Part shown: positions 20,440 to 29,152 of the stretch, one piece after another
Numbering within the stretch: the first letter of the stretch is position 1
How the letters are laid out: each line of letters opens with the position of its first letter
Assembly (NCBI GenBank): GCA_963737905.1
Contig: CAVTUQ010000004.1
Coordinates: 1 to 64,000 of the forward strand
Origin: an uncultured delta proteobacterium
GTDB taxonomy: Bacteria > Desulfobacterota > Binatia > UBA9968
Direction of reading: 5' to 3'
Length of the DNA: 64,000 nt
Position numbers and translations under genes: made by a program
Notes under the pieces: generated by a model
The model's database searches: none
What the model saw: the letters and a program-made list of their open reading frames with translations, nothing else
Told to the model about the DNA's origin: nothing

Positions 20440-21904
20440 ATGAGCGAGATTCGTTTCGTCGATACCACCCTGCGTGATGGACAGCAAAGTCTCTGGGCCC
20501 TCGGCATGAAAACAGGAGCCATGCTGCCGATCGCGTCGCAAATGGATCGGATCGGCTTCGAATCGATGGAATTTTTCGTCTCGGTCATGATCAAGAAGTA
20601 CGTCCGCGAGCATAAAGAAAATCCATGGACCTGGCTGCGCGAGGGAACCAAACAATTTAGCCGCACCCGGCTAAGAAACCACGGTGGCATGCACGGTTCC
20701 GGCGCTTTTGAAAAACTGCCCCACTCGGTGATGCGCCTGCTGATCGAGCGCATCGTCTCCTACGGCATAACCTTGACGCGGACTTCCAATTGCTGGAACG
20801 ATTTCCACAGTCTTAAAGAGGAGCTGCATCAGTTGCGCGAGGTTGGGATGGAAACGATTGTGAATCTGATCTATTCCGTTTCGCCCCGTCACTCCGATGG
20901 CTATTATGCCGAAAAAGCCCGGGAGGCAGCTTCCATCCGGCCGTATCGGATTTGCTTCAAAGACGTGGGCGGCCTGCTCACGCCGGAACGCGCCCGAACC
21001 CTGATTCCGGTTGTTCTTCAAAACGCCGGCGACGTTCCTGTGGAGTATCACGCCCACTGCAACAACGGTTTGGCACCGCTCTGCTATCTCGAAGCCGCGA
21101 AACTCGGTATCACAACGTTCCATACCGCGATTCCGCCGCTTGCCAACGGTTCCTCACAACCTTCCATTCTCAACGTGTCCAAAAATCTCCGGGCCCTGGG
21201 TTATACGCCGCTGATCCATGAGGAGGAAGTCAGACCGGTCGAGGCGCACTTTACGGCCGTCGCCAGGCGGGATGGACTGTCCATCGGGAAGCCATTTGCC
21301 TACGAAGAGTCACAGTATTTGCACCAGGTCCCGGGCGGAGTCATTTCCAACTTGCGCCATCAACTGCGGCTCGTGGGGAAAGAAACCAAGTTACCAGAGA
21401 CTCTGGACGAAGCCGCACGCGTGCGCGCGGACTTCGGTTACCCCATCATGGTGACTCCACTCTCGCAGTTCGTCGTCAGCCAGGCAGCGATCAATGTCAT
21501 CGTCGGCGAGCGCTACAAGGAAGTCACCGACCAAGTGATCCAATACGCGCTGGGATTCTGGGGTAAAGAAGCACCCGGGCTCATGGATCCTGACGTGAAA
21601 GATAAAATATTGAGCCGCAGGCCGGGCCAAAGATTGGCAAGACTGGGAACCGCCCGAACCTTCACTGGAAGAGGTCCGGAGAAAATTTGGTGGGCCTTCA
21701 CTCTCCGACGAAGAGCTGTTGCTCCGGGTTTATGCTGGTGAGGACGCGGTGAAAGCCATGAATGCCGCCGGAACACCCCGAGAGCACTTGAACGGAACGC
21801 AGCCTCTGATTCGTTTGATCGAAGAGCTCAGCAAAAAAAGGGACTGCAACCAGGTTTTCATAAGTAAACCCGGCCTTTCGCTCACCCTCGGCAAGCGCAA
21901 CTGA
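20440..21904 (+). CDS. Pyruvate carboxylase subunit B / oxaloacetate decarboxylase alpha-like carboxyltransferase (no biotinyl domain); +1 frameshift near 21620
   Basis: DTTLRDGQQSL, FKDVGGLL, HAH, HQVPGG, YPIMVTPLSQ. The natural continuation RAKDWQDWEPPEPSLEEVRRKFGG..SDEELLLR lies in the frame of ORF 21719-21904. Confidence 0.8.
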
Positions 21905-22000
21905 CGGGTTCAAACCGTCGAAGTGGTTCCAGAACTGACCAAAGCTATTTTAAAATTTTTCTTGGATTATGGATGACCGAATCTGAAAACAGATGACTCA

Positions 22001-22072
22001 CGCAAAGACGCAAAGCACGCCAAGTTCAGAGAAACAAAAAGATATTTTCTTTTCGCTCTTGGCGTCTTGGCG
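22001..22072. repeat. Inverted tandem-repeat hairpin (CGC(A/C)AAG x3 / CTT(G/T)(G/T)CG x3)
   Basis: CGCAAAGA CGCAAAGCA CGCCAAG ... CTTTTCGCT CTTGGCGT CTTGGCG. Confidence 0.75.
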
Positions 22073-22143
22073 CGATAATTTTTCGAAGTCGTTCTGTTTA
22101 GTGTACTGAGCCGACCCAAATCGGCTTAGCAAGGAGGAAAAAA

Positions 22144-22872
22144 ATGGCATCAGCAAACTGGCGAGGAACCGTCGGCGTCGTGAAGCCCACCTACGAGTCA
22201 GGCTCTCTTGTTGAGTTTATTCGCTTGCTTCCAGAGGGAGTCGGAGTCATCCCTGTTTACGCGGGGATCAAGCAGCACACCGAGAGCGGCTATCTCGACG
22301 CGCTGGAAACCTATCACGAGCGTGTCGCCGAGCTTGCTAGAATCGGGGTCGACCTCATGCATCCTGAAGGCGGCCCGCCGTTCATGGTGCGGGGTTACAA
22401 GAGCGAGCAAGAGATCGTGGGACAATGGGAAGAGAAATACAAAGTGCCCATCTTTACCTCCGGCATGACCCAGGCCGCGGCGCTCCGAGCTTTAGGAATC
22501 AAGAGATTCGTCGGCTGCACCTACTTTCGCGACAACAAGCTCAACGATCTTTTCACACGCTATTTTACCGACGCGGGCTTCGAAGTGCTCGCGATGGAAG
22601 GCATGGACACTTCACCTGGTGAAGCGGGCAATCTGTCGACAGCGGAGATCTACCATCATCTCAAGCGATCGTTTCTAAAACATCCCGGTGCTCAGGGTAT
22701 TTATCTTCTCGGTTCCGGCGCCTGGCGCGTCGTCGATATCGTGGCGGCAGAGGAAGATCTTGGAGTACCGGTGGTCCATCCCGTCGCCGCGCGAGTCTGG
22801 TACGTACAGAAGCAGCTCCGCGTGCGCCAACCGGTTCAGGGCGCAGGGCAGCTACTGAGAGAGCTGCCGTAA
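22144..22872 (+). CDS. Arylmalonate decarboxylase / maleate isomerase (Asp/Glu racemase superfamily)-like protein
   Basis: WRGTVGVVKP, ALRALGIKR, YFTDAGFEV, EEDLGVPVV, GAGQLL. AAGGAGG RBS. Confidence 0.8.
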   Translation: MASANWRGTVGVVKPTYESGSLVEFIRLLPEGVGVIPVYAGIKQHTESGYLDALETYHERVAELARIGVDLMHPEGGPPFMVRGYKSEQEIVGQWEEKYKVPIFTSGMTQAAALRALGIKRFVGCTYFRDNKLNDLFTRYFTDAGFEVLAMEGMDTSPGEAGNLSTAEIYHHLKRSFLKHPGAQGIYLLGSGAWRVVDIVAAEEDLGVPVVHPVAARVWYVQKQLRVRQPVQGAGQLLRELP

Positions 22873-22877
22873 TTGTC

Positions 22878-23159
22878 AAAGAGATTCGATTTTCCCGGGG
22901 CGTCCGGCCTCCGACGATTTGGTGTCCCGTGTGCAACCAGCGCACACAGCAGGCAGCGCCCAGCGTTTCGGTTCGAGCTCTTATATTGGCGCTGGGTCGT
23001 TTTGGTCTAGTCGCTGCGGCGCAAGTGAAATCGTTGGAGAAGCGCTGGGCAAAGCACCGGAAGGAAAACGGCCTTGATCGAAATGGTAAGCCCAACCTGC
23101 CTGTATCCACGGGTTCTAACCTTCAGGAACCGCACCGTCATTCGCACGATCCTACTTAA
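22878..23159 (+). pseudogene. 3' fragment of a CxxC-containing hypothetical protein (possible cassette gene remnant)
   Basis: Frame ...RPPTIWCPVCNQR...SVSVRALILALGRFG...LEKRWAKHRKENGLDRNG has no proper start or RBS. The stop TAA lies in ACTTAAC (RYYYAAC). Confidence 0.45.
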
Positions 23160-23369
23160 CGATATCACTTCAACTTTAGCGAGACCTCGAGCTCGAAGCG
23201 CGAGAAGGCGTGTCGGTGGATGGAGGATTTACCCTCGGCGCTAGCGAGTGTTGTCCGAAGATAGGCTGCGACTTGTTAGGGAGAAGGGCCGCCGCCCCTG
23301 GCAGTGTTTGGCAGCGAGAAGATTGTTGACAACTTGGGGTAGCTGGTGGATATTGCAACCGATTCAAAT

Positions 23370-23453
23370 CTATTATAATTCGTGGAGCCGCCCTAGGAGA
23401 TGGGCCGACCGGCATTTGTCATCTCCTTAACGCGGCTCACTTAATAGTTAGCC
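23370..23453 (+). other. Degenerate attC-like site
   Basis: AATTC-GTGGAGCCG ... CGGCTCAC-TTAATA-GTTAGCC with an extra G in the left box and an inner stem AGGAGATG/CATCTCCT. The R'' box is corrupted (TATTAT instead of TAAC). Confidence 0.45.
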
Positions 23454-23538
23454 GCACGGATAGCGGCCGAAATTCCGGCGGTTCTGTTAACCGTCGTTAT
23501 GAAGATATTTCGGCCGTTTTTCGTGCTAATGATGGGCA

Positions 23539-23838
23539 ATGCGTTTCGACATCATAGTTCGCCGCCGATGTGAGACAGCATTTGGAGGCATTACGGCGCG
23601 AGAACGATCACGGCATTCGAAGGACTCGAGCGACAGCTCTTGCACGAACCGTTGGTCGGGACACGGAACCGAAAACCTTTGCGTCCGAATCCTGTTGCTC
23701 CTTGGGAGCTACGAATCGGAAACCTCCGGGTCATTTTATGAAGTTATTCCTGGCGACCCTGGCGTCGTCCGTATCGTGGCCGTAGGGAAGAAGGAAGGAA
23801 ATGTTGTTCGAATCGCTGGTAAGGAGATCAAGCTATGA
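23539..23838 (+). pseudogene. RelE/ParE-family toxin, multiply frameshifted
   Basis: Pieces in three frames: FAADVRQHLEAL / ERQLLHEPLVGTRNRKPLRPNPVAPWELRIGNLRV / FYEVIPGDPGVVRIVAVGKKEGN. Confidence 0.75.
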
Positions 23839-24099
23839 AAACCATTAAGCTTGCAGCGCTTCACGGTCGCTGGCAGAGTACGCGAAGGAATTGGATGACC
23901 AAATAGTAGTTATCACCGACCGCACTAAACCTGTTGCCCCGTTGTTCCATTAAGGAATGTGGATCGAGAATCCCTAGCCCTGAGCTCGCATCCAGAGTTT
24001 TTGGAAATCAGTCGCGAAGTCACGCCGGCAATTTGCTCCTGCAAGACTTTGTCTCTAGAGGAGATGAAAAAAGCAGTTCTACCGCGCCGAGAGGCATAA
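23835..24099 (+). pseudogene. Phd/YefM-like antitoxin, multiply frameshifted
   Basis: ATGA overlap with the toxin and AAGGAG RBS. Pieces MKTIKL / SLAEYAKELDDQIVVITDRTKPVA / VVPLRNVDRESLALSSHPEFLEI / KTLSLEEMKKAVL. The stop lies inside the attC R'' box. Confidence 0.65.
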
Positions 24100-24151
24100 C
24101 AAAAGGATGGAGCGAACCCGAAAAACACGTCGCTCATCCTGAGCGTTAGAC
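24094..24151 (+). other. Integron attC recombination site (58 bp)
   Basis: GCATAAC-AAAAG-GATG(G)AGCG(A)AC ... GTCGCTCATC-CTGAGC-GTTAGAC: R''/R' boxes, 5/6-nt spacers and two extrahelical bases, as in classic attC sites. Confidence 0.85.
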
Positions 24152-24238
24152 GGAATTCTTCACCTCAGGAGACCATCAAGCCAGCGAGCTTGGAGGAACG
24201 AAGCCATACGGTGGCGTTCAAGGGTCTCCTTTCGGATT

Positions 24239-24267
24239 TTGAACATTGAACTTTGAACCCTTGAACT
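24239..24267 (-). repeat. 7-bp tandem array TTGAAC(N) x4
   Basis: TTGAACA TTGAACT TTGAACCC TTGAACT, immediately after the inferred true stop of the deacylase. Confidence 0.8.
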
Positions 24268-25957
24268 CTAGTCCTTCCATCGCGTCGGTCGCAACACCCG
24301 TCCTGGGAAAGCCCCTGTCGCTGCGCCGTTCTCGATGACGACTTCCCCGTTTACCACCGTATGATGCACGCCGGTGGCCCGTTGGATCATACGGGTCTCG
24401 TTGGCCGGAAGATCTCGAACGTACTCGGGTTCCAAGGTGTTGATCGTCGCCGGATCGAAGACTCACAAGATCCGCGGCAAAGCCGGGCCGGACCAAACCG
24501 CGATCGCTGAGTCCGAAAAGTGAAGCGACGCGGAACGTTAGCCTGGAAACCGCCTCTTCCAGCGGCATGATCCCGCAATCCCGCACCCAGCGGCCCAGGA
24601 ACGCGGTACAATAACCGAACCTGGCATCGTAGCCCATGTGAGCGCCGGCATCGGATTGGCCAACCATAACGGAAGGGTGTTTGAGGATTTCGCAGACCGC
24701 CTGCGGATCTCCCTGGGTATTGGTATGCACGAAGCGGGTCTCGAGATCTTCTTCGAGGGATAAGTCCAAGAAACAATCCAGACCGTCTTTTCCCTGGGCC
24801 TTGGAAATCTCTTCCACAGACTTTCCCTCGAGTGGCTTATTTTTCGATAGCTTGACGTGGTCGACAAAAATCACATCCCACCGTCTCGGAAAAACCGACG
24901 GGGATCGGTCCTCGATCGCTTCCGCTCGCAGTTTTTTTCGCACATCAGGATCGGCGAACATCTTTTTGCGTGCCTCCACCGTCGTAAACATGGCCGCCTT
25001 CCAGGTCGCAAACTCATCGAAGCACTGCGCATCGAGCAGAGTGTACCGATTCTGAAAGGGTTTGGCCTGGGTCATCGCGTAGATCGGCAACCCTTCTTCC
25101 CTGAAGACGCGCTCCGTGTTTGCCAGCATCTCCTGCCAGTGGTTAGGACGACTCCAGCTATGGCTGATGCTCTGCCACAGGACAGGCCGTCCCGTGCGCC
25201 GTGCGAGATCCGCAGCGTAATCGATACGTCCGCGCGAGTCCGCGCCGCCTCCGCTCAACTGCACGACCCCGGCGTTCATCTCAGCCAGCACGTCCAATAA
25301 TGACCCTAGCTCTTCCTTGGAAGCGAGACGGCTCGCCACCGGCTTTTTGTCTTCTCTCATATGGCGAGGATTCTGGTTGGTGGAAAAACCGACCGCGCCG
25401 GCCTCCATACCTTGTCGAACCAGAAATTGCATCTCTGCGATCTCCTCCGGCGTCGCCTCCCGCTCTACCGCATCTTCGCCCATGACGTAATGACGCACCG
25501 CGATATGGCCGACGAGGGCCGCAACATTGATGCCGAGTCGCGTTCCGAGGACGTCGAGATATTCTTTGGTGGAAGTCCACCTCCATTGGATGCCTTCTTC
25601 GAGCACACGGCGGCTAATCGCCTCGACACGAACGAAGCTCTTGATCACGGCCTCGCGGTCCTCGGGCTTCGCCGGCGCCAAGCTCAAGCCGCAGTTGCCG
25701 ATTACGACAGAAGTGACACCGTGAAAGCAGGACGAAGTGCCCAGAGGATCCCAAAACAATTGAGCATCAAGATGAGTGTGCGGATCAATAAAACCGGGCG
25801 CCAACGCCAAGCCATCGAGATTAAGCGTCCTCCGAGCAGCGCCGCTAATTCGTCCGATCTCAACGATCTCTCCGCCTGCAACGGCGACGTCGCCATTGAA
25901 GCTCGGCATACCCGAGCCGTCGTAAATCCGTCCATTTTTAAGCACCAGGTCGTACAT
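24268..25957 (-). CDS. N-acyl-D-amino-acid deacylase family amidohydrolase; +1 frameshift at about 24463
   Basis: MYDLVLKNGRIYDGSG, APGFIDPHTH, GNCG, SDAGAH. After ADLV the conserved VFDPATI..DLP..VVNG..PGRVLR..KD* continues in another frame. Confidence 0.85.
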
Positions 25958-26167
25958 TGAGTTCTCCTTTCTTTCACGCAATGAAGACGCTCAAACCAAG
26001 GGTGCAGGAATCTGCATCAACCAGAACTTAGACGAAGTGGCCGCACGCGGTCAAGCGCCCGGTCCCAGGTACAACCTGAACGCCGGACTGTCGAATTGTT
26101 GCGCGTGTATTCTACTATGACATATATAACTCACCGGGACTGGTAGACTTCCCATGGAGGTAGATTT

Positions 26168-26366
26168 GTGAAACAAAACAGTGTTGCGATTCTTCTTTTT
26201 CTTTTAACCTCGTTCTCGGATGCCGGCGCGCAGGAAAAAAAATTGCAGCCTGCATTTGAGAAATGAGATAAGGGAAATCGATATCAATCCTCTGATAGTC
26301 TTGGAGAAAGGCAAAGGGGCCGTAGCGGTGGATTGTTTGATGACGCGAAAGCTAGCCGACGTATGA
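26168..26366 (+). pseudogene. Chimeric deletion scar: 5' signal-peptide start of a probable binding protein joined to the 3' tail of an ADP-forming acyl-CoA ligase
   Basis: GGAGG RBS + GTG MKQNSVAILL..AGAQEKKL, then another frame LRNEIREIDINPLIVLEKGKGAVAVDCLM..V* overlapping the next ATG. Confidence 0.6.
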
Positions 26367-27433
26367 AGATCGAAAACCTTACATTTATTCCCCATCGCCT
26401 GAAACGGCGCGGGCGCTGGCAGACGGCCAGCTACACCGCGGATTTCGTCGATGTCTTTTACGTAAAGATTCAAACCGACGAGGGAGTCACCGGGATCGGC
26501 GCGAGCTCCGTGGTTCCGAACGGGCGCGGTGATCCGTTCCTTGAAGGAGTTGAAACGGTCAAAACCGGAGCCTGCGATCTTTTCGCAGGAAAGAACCCAC
26601 TGCAAATCAATCCCTTGATGGATGCTTTGAACGCGGCGGTGCTCGGGTACAAGCGCCACAAGGCTGGAGTCGAACTAGCGCTTTACGATCTGATGGGCAA
26701 GGCGCTCAACGTTTCGCTCTCGACCCTGTTGGGCGGCGCAACGCGCGATGTCATTCCTGTAATCCGAATGCTAAGCATGGGAAGCTCTGTCGAAATGGCC
26801 GAAACAGCTTCAAAGTTTGTTCAGCAAGGCTATCGCCATCTGAAAGTTAAGCTCGGAACCGACCCGGCCGGAGACTTGGAGCGCTTTAAGACGGTGCGCA
26901 GCACCGTGGGACCTCGGGTGGCTCTGACCGTGGACTTCAACGGCGCCTATGACGCGGCCACCGCAATCGCGGTGATAGCGAGCTTGGTTCCACTAGACTT
27001 AGCGATGGTCGAGCAACCTGTGCCGGGGAATGATCTCAAGGGAATGGCGGCAGTAACCCAAGCCGTTAAATCCATCATCCTGGCCGATCAAGGAGTTGAG
27101 TCTTCCGGAGAGGTTTTTCAAGTTGCCGCCGCAAACGGCGCGAAAGCCGTCAGCATCAAGCTCCTCAAATTTGGCGGACTACGGGAAAGCGTCGCCGCGG
27201 CACGGGTATGCGAGGCCGCCGGACTCATCTGCCACGTCGGTGGAATGGCTTCGTCGAGCCTGATCGATGCGGCACAGGCCCATTTTGTGAGCGCCATGCC
27301 GAGCGTCGTCACGCCCTGCGAAGTCGGCGAGTTCGCAGCGCTGGACGGTGATTTGGTCGAGGGCTTGAAGATAGTCAATGGACACGTTCAAGTGCCCACC
27401 GGTCCCGGCCTGGGCGTAAACTTAACGGTATAG
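26363..27433 (+). CDS. Enolase superfamily (muconate cycloisomerase / dipeptide epimerase-like) protein
   Basis: TDEGVTGIG, LYDLMGK, KVK, VDFNG, EQP, IKLLKFGG, PTGPGLGV. Confidence 0.88.
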   Translation: MKIENLTFIPHRLKRRGRWQTASYTADFVDVFYVKIQTDEGVTGIGASSVVPNGRGDPFLEGVETVKTGACDLFAGKNPLQINPLMDALNAAVLGYKRHKAGVELALYDLMGKALNVSLSTLLGGATRDVIPVIRMLSMGSSVEMAETASKFVQQGYRHLKVKLGTDPAGDLERFKTVRSTVGPRVALTVDFNGAYDAATAIAVIASLVPLDLAMVEQPVPGNDLKGMAAVTQAVKSIILADQGVESSGEVFQVAAANGAKAVSIKLLKFGGLRESVAAARVCEAAGLICHVGGMASSSLIDAAQAHFVSAMPSVVTPCEVGEFAALDGDLVEGLKIVNGHVQVPTGPGLGVNLTV

Positions 27434-27502
27434 CCCCACTCGCAACGAAACATTCTTCTTCACCCGTAACCCCCTTAGGTTTGGAAATCCGACCGAACTC
27501 GG

Positions 27503-27913
27503 TTAGCTGATTCTTTGAATGCTCAGCTGAGGTTCGTACAACATCTGAATCACGATTCCATCGGGGTCGGCACAGTAAAAGGACGCGCTGCCATCTCGAT
27601 GGATTTTGAAAGGGTGAACGATCTTCACGCCTTTCGCCTTGAACTCCTGCTCTAGCTCTTTGACCCGTTCGACAGTCTCGACCACGAAGCCCAAATGATC
27701 GAGTTGGCGTTCCACCGCCTCCGCCACAAAATTCTGCGCCACTTCATGCAACGCAATATTGTCGCAGCCGGAAGAAAGATACACGTTTTCCGGGTCCGGC
27801 TCCCAGACAACATCCATTCCTAACATGTCTTGATAGAATTTCTTGGAACGCGCGATATTCCTAACCTTCAGGGCGATGTGGCGCATCCCTTTCAGTCCAG
27901 TTATGCGACCCAT
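27503..27913 (-). CDS. VOC/glyoxalase family protein
   Basis: MRHIALKV, LDHLGF, HRDGSASFYCADPDG. Extended -10 TGaTATATT lies 7 nt before ATG 27913. Confidence 0.85.
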   Translation of the reverse strand: MGRITGLKGMRHIALKVRNIARSKKFYQDMLGMDVVWEPDPENVYLSSGCDNIALHEVAQNFVAEAVERQLDHLGFVVETVERVKELEQEFKAKGVKIVHPFKIHRDGSASFYCADPDGIVIQMLYEPQLSIQRIS

Positions 27914-28003
27914 GTTTCGTAATATATCACACCGCGCCATAAATGTGGCGCCATGGGGGAGGTGGCACTTGTCTGGCATCTCGAAAAGCGGGATAGTTTG
28001 TCT

Positions 28004-29068
28004 ATGAAAGAGGCTCTTTGGTGGCGGACAGAAGCCGACGGAAAAATTCTCTGCACCTTGTGTCCGCGTTTCTGTCGCCTAGGGGACGGCCAGGCCGGTT
28101 TCTGTTACATCCGTAAGAACGTTGGCGGTAAACTCTATTCGCTCGGCTACGGCACATCCACCGGTTTCGCCATCGATCCCATCGAAAAAAAGCCGCTGAA
28201 TCATTTCCTGCCCGGCACGGGCGTGCTTAGCTTTGGCACCGCCGGCTGTAATCTCGGCTGCCGCTTTTGCCAGAACTGGAGCATCAGCAAAGCAAAGCTT
28301 GACGAAGCGCACAGTCTAGGCGCCAGCCCAAAAAAAGTCGTCCAGTTGGCAATTCGAAACCAGGTTCCGAGTATTGCGTTTACTTACAACGACCCGGTGA
28401 TCTGGGGGGAATTTGTCATTGATATATCCCGTCTCGCCCGCGAACAAGGTCTAAAGAGCGTGATGGTCACGGCGGGTTACATCACTCCCGAGGCAAGACC
28501 GGAGGTTTATCGCTACATCGACGCAGCCAACGTCGATCTAAAAGCGTTCACCGATCGCTTCTATCACAAGGTCACATTTTCACATCTCGATCCTGTACTC
28601 GATACCCTCAAGTGGCTGAAAAATGAAACGGACATCTGGTTCGAGATCACCAACCTGATGATACCCAGCGAAAATGATTCCCCGGAGGAAACCCGGAAAC
28701 TTTGCGACTGGGTACTGACGCATCTGGGGGACAGTGTGCCGCTTCACTTCACCGCGTTTCATCCAGACTTTAAAATGACCGACAAACCGAAAACCCCCGC
28801 CGCAAGCCTGAAACGCGCCCGGCAGATCGCGTGTTCCGCGGGTATCAAGTACTGCTACGTGGGCAATGTCTTTGACGATGAGGGGCAAACCACCTATTGC
28901 CCCGCTTGTAGCAAAGCGCTGATTCGTCGCTCCTGGCATGACATTCTGGAATACAACCTAGATGGCGACTGTTGTTCCTGCGGACAATCGATCCCCGGTC
29001 GGTTCTTAGTCAAAAGCTCGGTGCCCAGGCCACGGAGCGGCAGAAGAGCTTATCCTCTTGGGCTTTAG
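28004..29068 (+). CDS. amrS: AmmeMemoRadiSam system radical SAM enzyme
   Basis: CTLCPRFC..GFC, DPIEKKPLNHFLPG, GCNLGCRFCQNW, FTYNDP, DLKAF, PLHFTAFHP, TYCPAC. Confidence 0.88.
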   Translation: MKEALWWRTEADGKILCTLCPRFCRLGDGQAGFCYIRKNVGGKLYSLGYGTSTGFAIDPIEKKPLNHFLPGTGVLSFGTAGCNLGCRFCQNWSISKAKLDEAHSLGASPKKVVQLAIRNQVPSIAFTYNDPVIWGEFVIDISRLAREQGLKSVMVTAGYITPEARPEVYRYIDAANVDLKAFTDRFYHKVTFSHLDPVLDTLKWLKNETDIWFEITNLMIPSENDSPEETRKLCDWVLTHLGDSVPLHFTAFHPDFKMTDKPKTPAASLKRARQIACSAGIKYCYVGNVFDDEGQTTYCPACSKALIRRSWHDILEYNLDGDCCSCGQSIPGRFLVKSSVPRPRSGRRAYPLGL

Positions 29069-29152
29069 AGCTTCTTTCCTCTCTCCCTAGCGAAAAAGTC
29101 AATTATGTGTTTTATAAAGGAAATCCTCGATTAATAAATAGCGTCTGCGCTT

